Position numbers and translations under genes: made by a program
Origin: Candidatus Bathyarchaeota archaeon
GTDB taxonomy: Archaea; Thermoproteota; Bathyarchaeia; Bathyarchaeales; Bathycorpusculaceae
DNA: 64,000 nucleotides
Direction of reading: 5' to 3'
NCBI GenBank assembly: GCA_963767735.1
Contig: CAVYES010000002.1
Location: 32,001-96,000, forward strand
Shown here: positions 60,406-64,000 of the stretch, piece after piece
How the letters are laid out: each line of letters starts with the position of its first letter
Position numbering within the stretch: the stretch's first letter is position 1
The notes under the pieces: generated by a model
What the model was told of the DNA's origin: nothing
What the model saw: the letters and a program-made list of their open reading frames with translations, nothing else
Databases searched by the model: none

Positions 60406-60429
60406 TATAGTTTTTTGTGTTTGGCGTTT

Positions 60430-63426
60430 TTATGGTCGTTTTCTAAGCATTAACAATGCTAATACGACAGCTACCACGATGATTACAACGAATAGACCAG
60501 CGATTGCAGGTACAAAGTATGTGTTTGCGACAGATGTTGGAGTTGCTGTAGGTGCAGCGGTAGAAGATGCGGCTCCTTGCACGGTCATGTCAGTTTGTGC
60601 GCTTGATCCCCAGTAGCCGTTGGTGCCAGAGAATGTTGCGGTGACGAGGTAGTTGCCTGGAATTGCTGGAGGAGTCCAAGAGTAGTAGTATAAGCCTTTT
60701 TCGTTGGTTGTTGCGGTGCCTAGGGTGATGAAGTTGCCGTTGGGATCAGTAGCTGTCAATGTGACGGTTACGCCTGTGAAGTTGGTGGGTGCTGCTTGCT
60801 GCTGGTAAACGTAGCTCATCCAAGGCGTCATGCTTGCGTCAGATGCGCATGGAACGCCATTTGGAAAGTCAGCTTTTTGTTCTGTCTGCTGTGTGCCTGC
60901 GGAAGTGTCCATCACTGTGCCCTGTATAACTACGTTAGTACCTGCGGTGATAGCGGTTTGTGGTGCCTGTACTGTGGTTGCGCTTGGTCCTCTGCCTGTA
61001 GTGTAAATTTGCATGTCGTAGCCATTGAGGAATGTTGTATAGCCATCTGCGAGAGCAGGGCTGGCTTGACTGCCGAAACATGGAAGTTCCCATATTAGTT
61101 GTCCTGTGGTGGCGTTAACCGCGTATAATAGCGCGCCCTTGTAAATCGGGTCGGTGACGGTGTGCTCATTGGTCATTAGATATACTAATCCGTTACCACT
61201 AATAGGCCCAGAGGCGAATGGATACTCACCGTAAGGAGAGCTCAAGCTCGCAGTGCTGTTGTCAGAGCCTATAGGTCCGTTGCCGTAGGTCCATAATACT
61301 TGTCCAGTTGTATCGCTATAGCAGTAGCATACTCCTCCCATTGAATCAAAGTAATATCTGCCGGCAGCTACTTCACTGAAGTAGGCATAGCCTAATGCAT
61401 AGTATTGGAGTGCAGGTGTCATAGTGGCAGTTGGACCCCATAGTTGAGCGCCTGTTGTTAGACTGTATCCTACAAATTGCATTGTTTCCTCGTAATACAT
61501 AATGAAGGTACGGGTTTGCCAGTCAACTCCTTGGATACTGAGAGTGAGGTTGCCTGCTGGCGGTTGATACGTTTTCGTCCATAGCATCGAACCGATTGCG
61601 CCCGCAGATGCGTTGAGGTTGATATAGAACATTGTGTAGGGAAGTTGCGGCCAGCCTGTGCTAGTTGTCGAGAAACCCGTTGGTAGAGGGCCGTATCTGC
61701 AAAGCATACCATCGCCATAGTCAGCTGCAACTATTGTTATAGGACATGATCCGCCTGCCGCAAAATCACCGACAGCCGTTCCCTGCATTACTCCTGGCAC
61801 TGTTGTCCCTGTGACGGTGCTATAGCTGGGCGGTACAGTCATGGTGTTGAGCCATGGTATCGAAACGTTCCAGTCAAAAGTAGTTCGTGCACCAAGGTTG
61901 TTTGGGTATATAGTTGTGGCGTTAAGAGGGATGAATGCATTATCTGTTATTGTGGAACCGTAGGGGATGAAAACGCTTCCTCCCGTTGGCGTGGTACCTG
62001 TGGTGCCCAAAGTTGTTTGAGGAATGCCTGCAGATGAAACAAGGACCCCGTTGGATGCATTTATAACTGATGGTGACAGACTTCCACCGAAAGTGTATGG
62101 ATTTACATCGTATTGGTATAGGTCGCTTGAGTTCCACTGAGCCAAATACCAGTTCGGATTCGCGGCGGTGCCGTCGTTCATAAAGACGTACTTGATCATT
62201 TCGCTGCTTGGACCCGCTACTGTCGCTGTTGTGAGAGCTACTGCTGGCTGACCGTTTACGGTTTGGCCTGTTTGTGCTGCAAAGCCTGGAACATTAGTAA
62301 CGTTGAACAATTGCGCGCCTGTGAATCCATCCCAAAGCGTCCACATCGAAGGCATACCAGTAAGGCCGCCTCCTGCAGTTGAAACCAGGATTGGCGGAAA
62401 AACTCCGTGCTGTTCACCATTCCAAAGGTTATAGATGTAAGCGAATGATACTGAATGTATAGCATTTGAAGACCAAACAATTTGTCCTGTTTGCAGATTA
62501 ACGCAAACGAATGGTCCAACAGCGCCTCCAGTGAATGATGCTGGTTCATTGAAGTACAGGTATCCGTCCACTATTATCGGATTGGCGAATCTTCCTATGT
62601 AGCAAGAGCCCTCGAAGTAGCCGACTCCCTGAGCATTGGTATACTCGTTTCCTCCAACAATTCCACCTGCTTGAATCGGCAGCGTCCACATGACATGAGC
62701 AGTCACAGAACCTACAGAATCAGCATGGTACACGCCATATACAGAGTAGCTATAGCCTGCTATAGGTGGCATACCTGTGCCTAGCCAGTTTGACGAAATT
62801 GTGTACCAGTTAGTGTTCTCGCCGAATATTGGTCGCGTCCAGAAATCTGTAGGCAAAGGTTCGCTGGTTACAGCGGCAGGTATTGGAGTTGACTGAACAG
62901 TAAGTGTTGTTGATGCGCTGCTGGGTAGATAAGTATCGTTAACCAATATTGAACCGGCGTAGCCGTTGCCGTTCGCTCCGTAGACTTGTCCTGGATAATT
63001 AAAGGTAAAGTTGTAGGTGCCGACCTGGCTAGGAGTGAAGGATGTATACTGATCTGATGTTGGGTCTGCGACGACTGCCCAAGTCTGTGTTGTGACTGCC
63101 CCGTTTGGCGCTGTGATGGTAAGTTTATAGTTGTCGAATCTGTAGTCGTTCGACGTCAATGCTGCGCTGCATGTGTAACCATTCGTGCCAACAACGGCAG
63201 ATGTTCCGCCAGCTGCTCCGTAACAAGGGTTAAGCCAGAAATAAACGGTTATTGTCTGACCGACGCCTATAGTGCTTGGTTCCGCACTAATGTAGGAATA
63301 CGTTGGAATTTGCCATGGAGGTGTATGCGCACTAGCGCTTGGTAATAGTGTCGTTGAAGCTCCTATAGAAATTGTTAAAATTGCTGCAATCAAAATAGCC
63401 AAAGTTTTACCTTTTAGATTTTGCAT
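60430..63426 (-). CDS. large secreted PQQ-like beta-propeller repeat protein with C-terminal TM anchor
   Basis: Signal peptide, repeated .TG..LW motifs, C-terminal TM helix and basic tail RKRP; 998 aa. Confidence 0.85.
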   Translation of the reverse strand: MQNLKGKTLAILIAAILTISIGASTTLLPSASAHTPPWQIPTYSYISAEPSTIGVGQTITVYFWLNPCYGAAGGTSAVVGTNGYTCSAALTSNDYRFDNYKLTITAPNGAVTTQTWAVVADPTSDQYTSFTPSQVGTYNFTFNYPGQVYGANGNGYAGSILVNDTYLPSSASTTLTVQSTPIPAAVTSEPLPTDFWTRPIFGENTNWYTISSNWLGTGMPPIAGYSYSVYGVYHADSVGSVTAHVMWTLPIQAGGIVGGNEYTNAQGVGYFEGSCYIGRFANPIIVDGYLYFNEPASFTGGAVGPFVCVNLQTGQIVWSSNAIHSVSFAYIYNLWNGEQHGVFPPILVSTAGGGLTGMPSMWTLWDGFTGAQLFNVTNVPGFAAQTGQTVNGQPAVALTTATVAGPSSEMIKYVFMNDGTAANPNWYLAQWNSSDLYQYDVNPYTFGGSLSPSVINASNGVLVSSAGIPQTTLGTTGTTPTGGSVFIPYGSTITDNAFIPLNATTIYPNNLGARTTFDWNVSIPWLNTMTVPPSYSTVTGTTVPGVMQGTAVGDFAAGGSCPITIVAADYGDGMLCRYGPLPTGFSTTSTGWPQLPYTMFYINLNASAGAIGSMLWTKTYQPPAGNLTLSIQGVDWQTRTFIMYYEETMQFVGYSLTTGAQLWGPTATMTPALQYYALGYAYFSEVAAGRYYFDSMGGVCYCYSDTTGQVLWTYGNGPIGSDNSTASLSSPYGEYPFASGPISGNGLVYLMTNEHTVTDPIYKGALLYAVNATTGQLIWELPCFGSQASPALADGYTTFLNGYDMQIYTTGRGPSATTVQAPQTAITAGTNVVIQGTVMDTSAGTQQTEQKADFPNGVPCASDASMTPWMSYVYQQQAAPTNFTGVTVTLTATDPNGNFITLGTATTNEKGLYYYSWTPPAIPGNYLVTATFSGTNGYWGSSAQTDMTVQGAASSTAAPTATPTSVANTYFVPAIAGLFVVIIVVAVVLALLMLRKRP

Positions 63427-63702
63427 TTTTCTTTTCCTGCCGTTTTATTTTTATTGAGAAAAAGCTCTATGCCCTCTCTCAATAGAGCCTCTGTTTGCTA
63501 TGACCATACTTATAAAACTTTGCAGAAATAGTGGCATTTATAAGTGTTTTATTACGAAGATTAGTTGAAAATCATAAAGTAACTAATTTATGTAAATTAG
63601 CTCGAAGATAAACTCGTCAATACCCTTTAATTTAACAACAAACTTGATAAGAGATAACTTGGTTGAAATGAGAAAAAAGCAACTGTCTTTAAAAGGGATA
63701 AA

Positions 63703-64000
63703 ATGAGCAGTTCAGTGGAAATCGACGAAATAGATATTAAGATTCTAAGGTTGCTGATAAAAGATGCACGCACAAGACTAAAAGAAATCGCTAAAGAATG
63801 CGGCATAACCTCCGTTTCAACGCTAAATCGAATTAAGCGTTTAAAAGCCCTTGGAGTGATTACAGGAGCAATAATTTGGCCTCGCCTAGATGCACTTGAC
63901 ATTTCAATAACAGCAACCATTGGAATTGATTTGGATTCAAATCAGGATGAAGTCATCACGTTCATTAGAGAACAAATGAATTTTGGTGAAGCTTCAGCGG
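63703..64000 (+). CDS. Lrp/AsnC family transcriptional regulator, 3'-partial
   Basis: MSSSVEIDEIDIKILRLLIKDARTRLKEIAKECG.T...RIKRL...GVI; runs off the window end. Confidence 0.9.
   Translation, partial: MSSSVEIDEIDIKILRLLIKDARTRLKEIAKECGITSVSTLNRIKRLKALGVITGAIIWPRLDALDISITATIGIDLDSNQDEVITFIREQMNFGEASA

Noticed and set aside
282-63920. numerous short antisense or overlapping ORFs in the track (e.g. 657-944, 12279-12617, 27353-27751, 63627-63920)
   Set aside because: They are shadow ORFs opposite well-supported genes and carry no family motifs.

Overview
This is a 64-kb chromosomal window from an archaeon, most likely Bathyarchaeia (TACK). The assignment is an inference from archaeosine TgtA, TrmI, three PAC2 chaperones, archaemetzincin, a presenilin homologue, the short archaeal PurA, and a large beta-propeller surface protein next to Lrp/AsnC regulators. 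The window holds the end of a bzd-type benzoyl-CoA reductase operon with an uncalled ferredoxin and a tnpA-only IS200/IS605 element. It also has housekeeping genes (purA, tgtA, glmU/glmM, trmI, acdB), two ABC exporters and a ~12-kb type IV pilus locus with a very large pilin-like adhesin. About a dozen genes carry single-base frameshifts, most plausibly long-read errors. The most interesting signals are intergenic. (1) A dispersed element has a conserved ~60-bp leader, a 10-bp-period tandem array whose unit differs at each copy, and (in two copies) the start of an AbrB-like ORF. (2) A candidate structured ncRNA family shares a GAGRAGAAAGG-GAG...GGAAAATTC core in three or more copies. (3) A ~95-bp repeat occurs twice in inverted orientation 50 kb apart and has a palindromic core with a 6-bp spacer. 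(4) A divergent pair of ribbon-helix-helix-like genes has operator-like repeats. (5) A TTAACnGTTAA palindrome recurs between genes. No rRNA, tRNA or CRISPR array was seen. All family assignments are by eye from motifs, without database searches.
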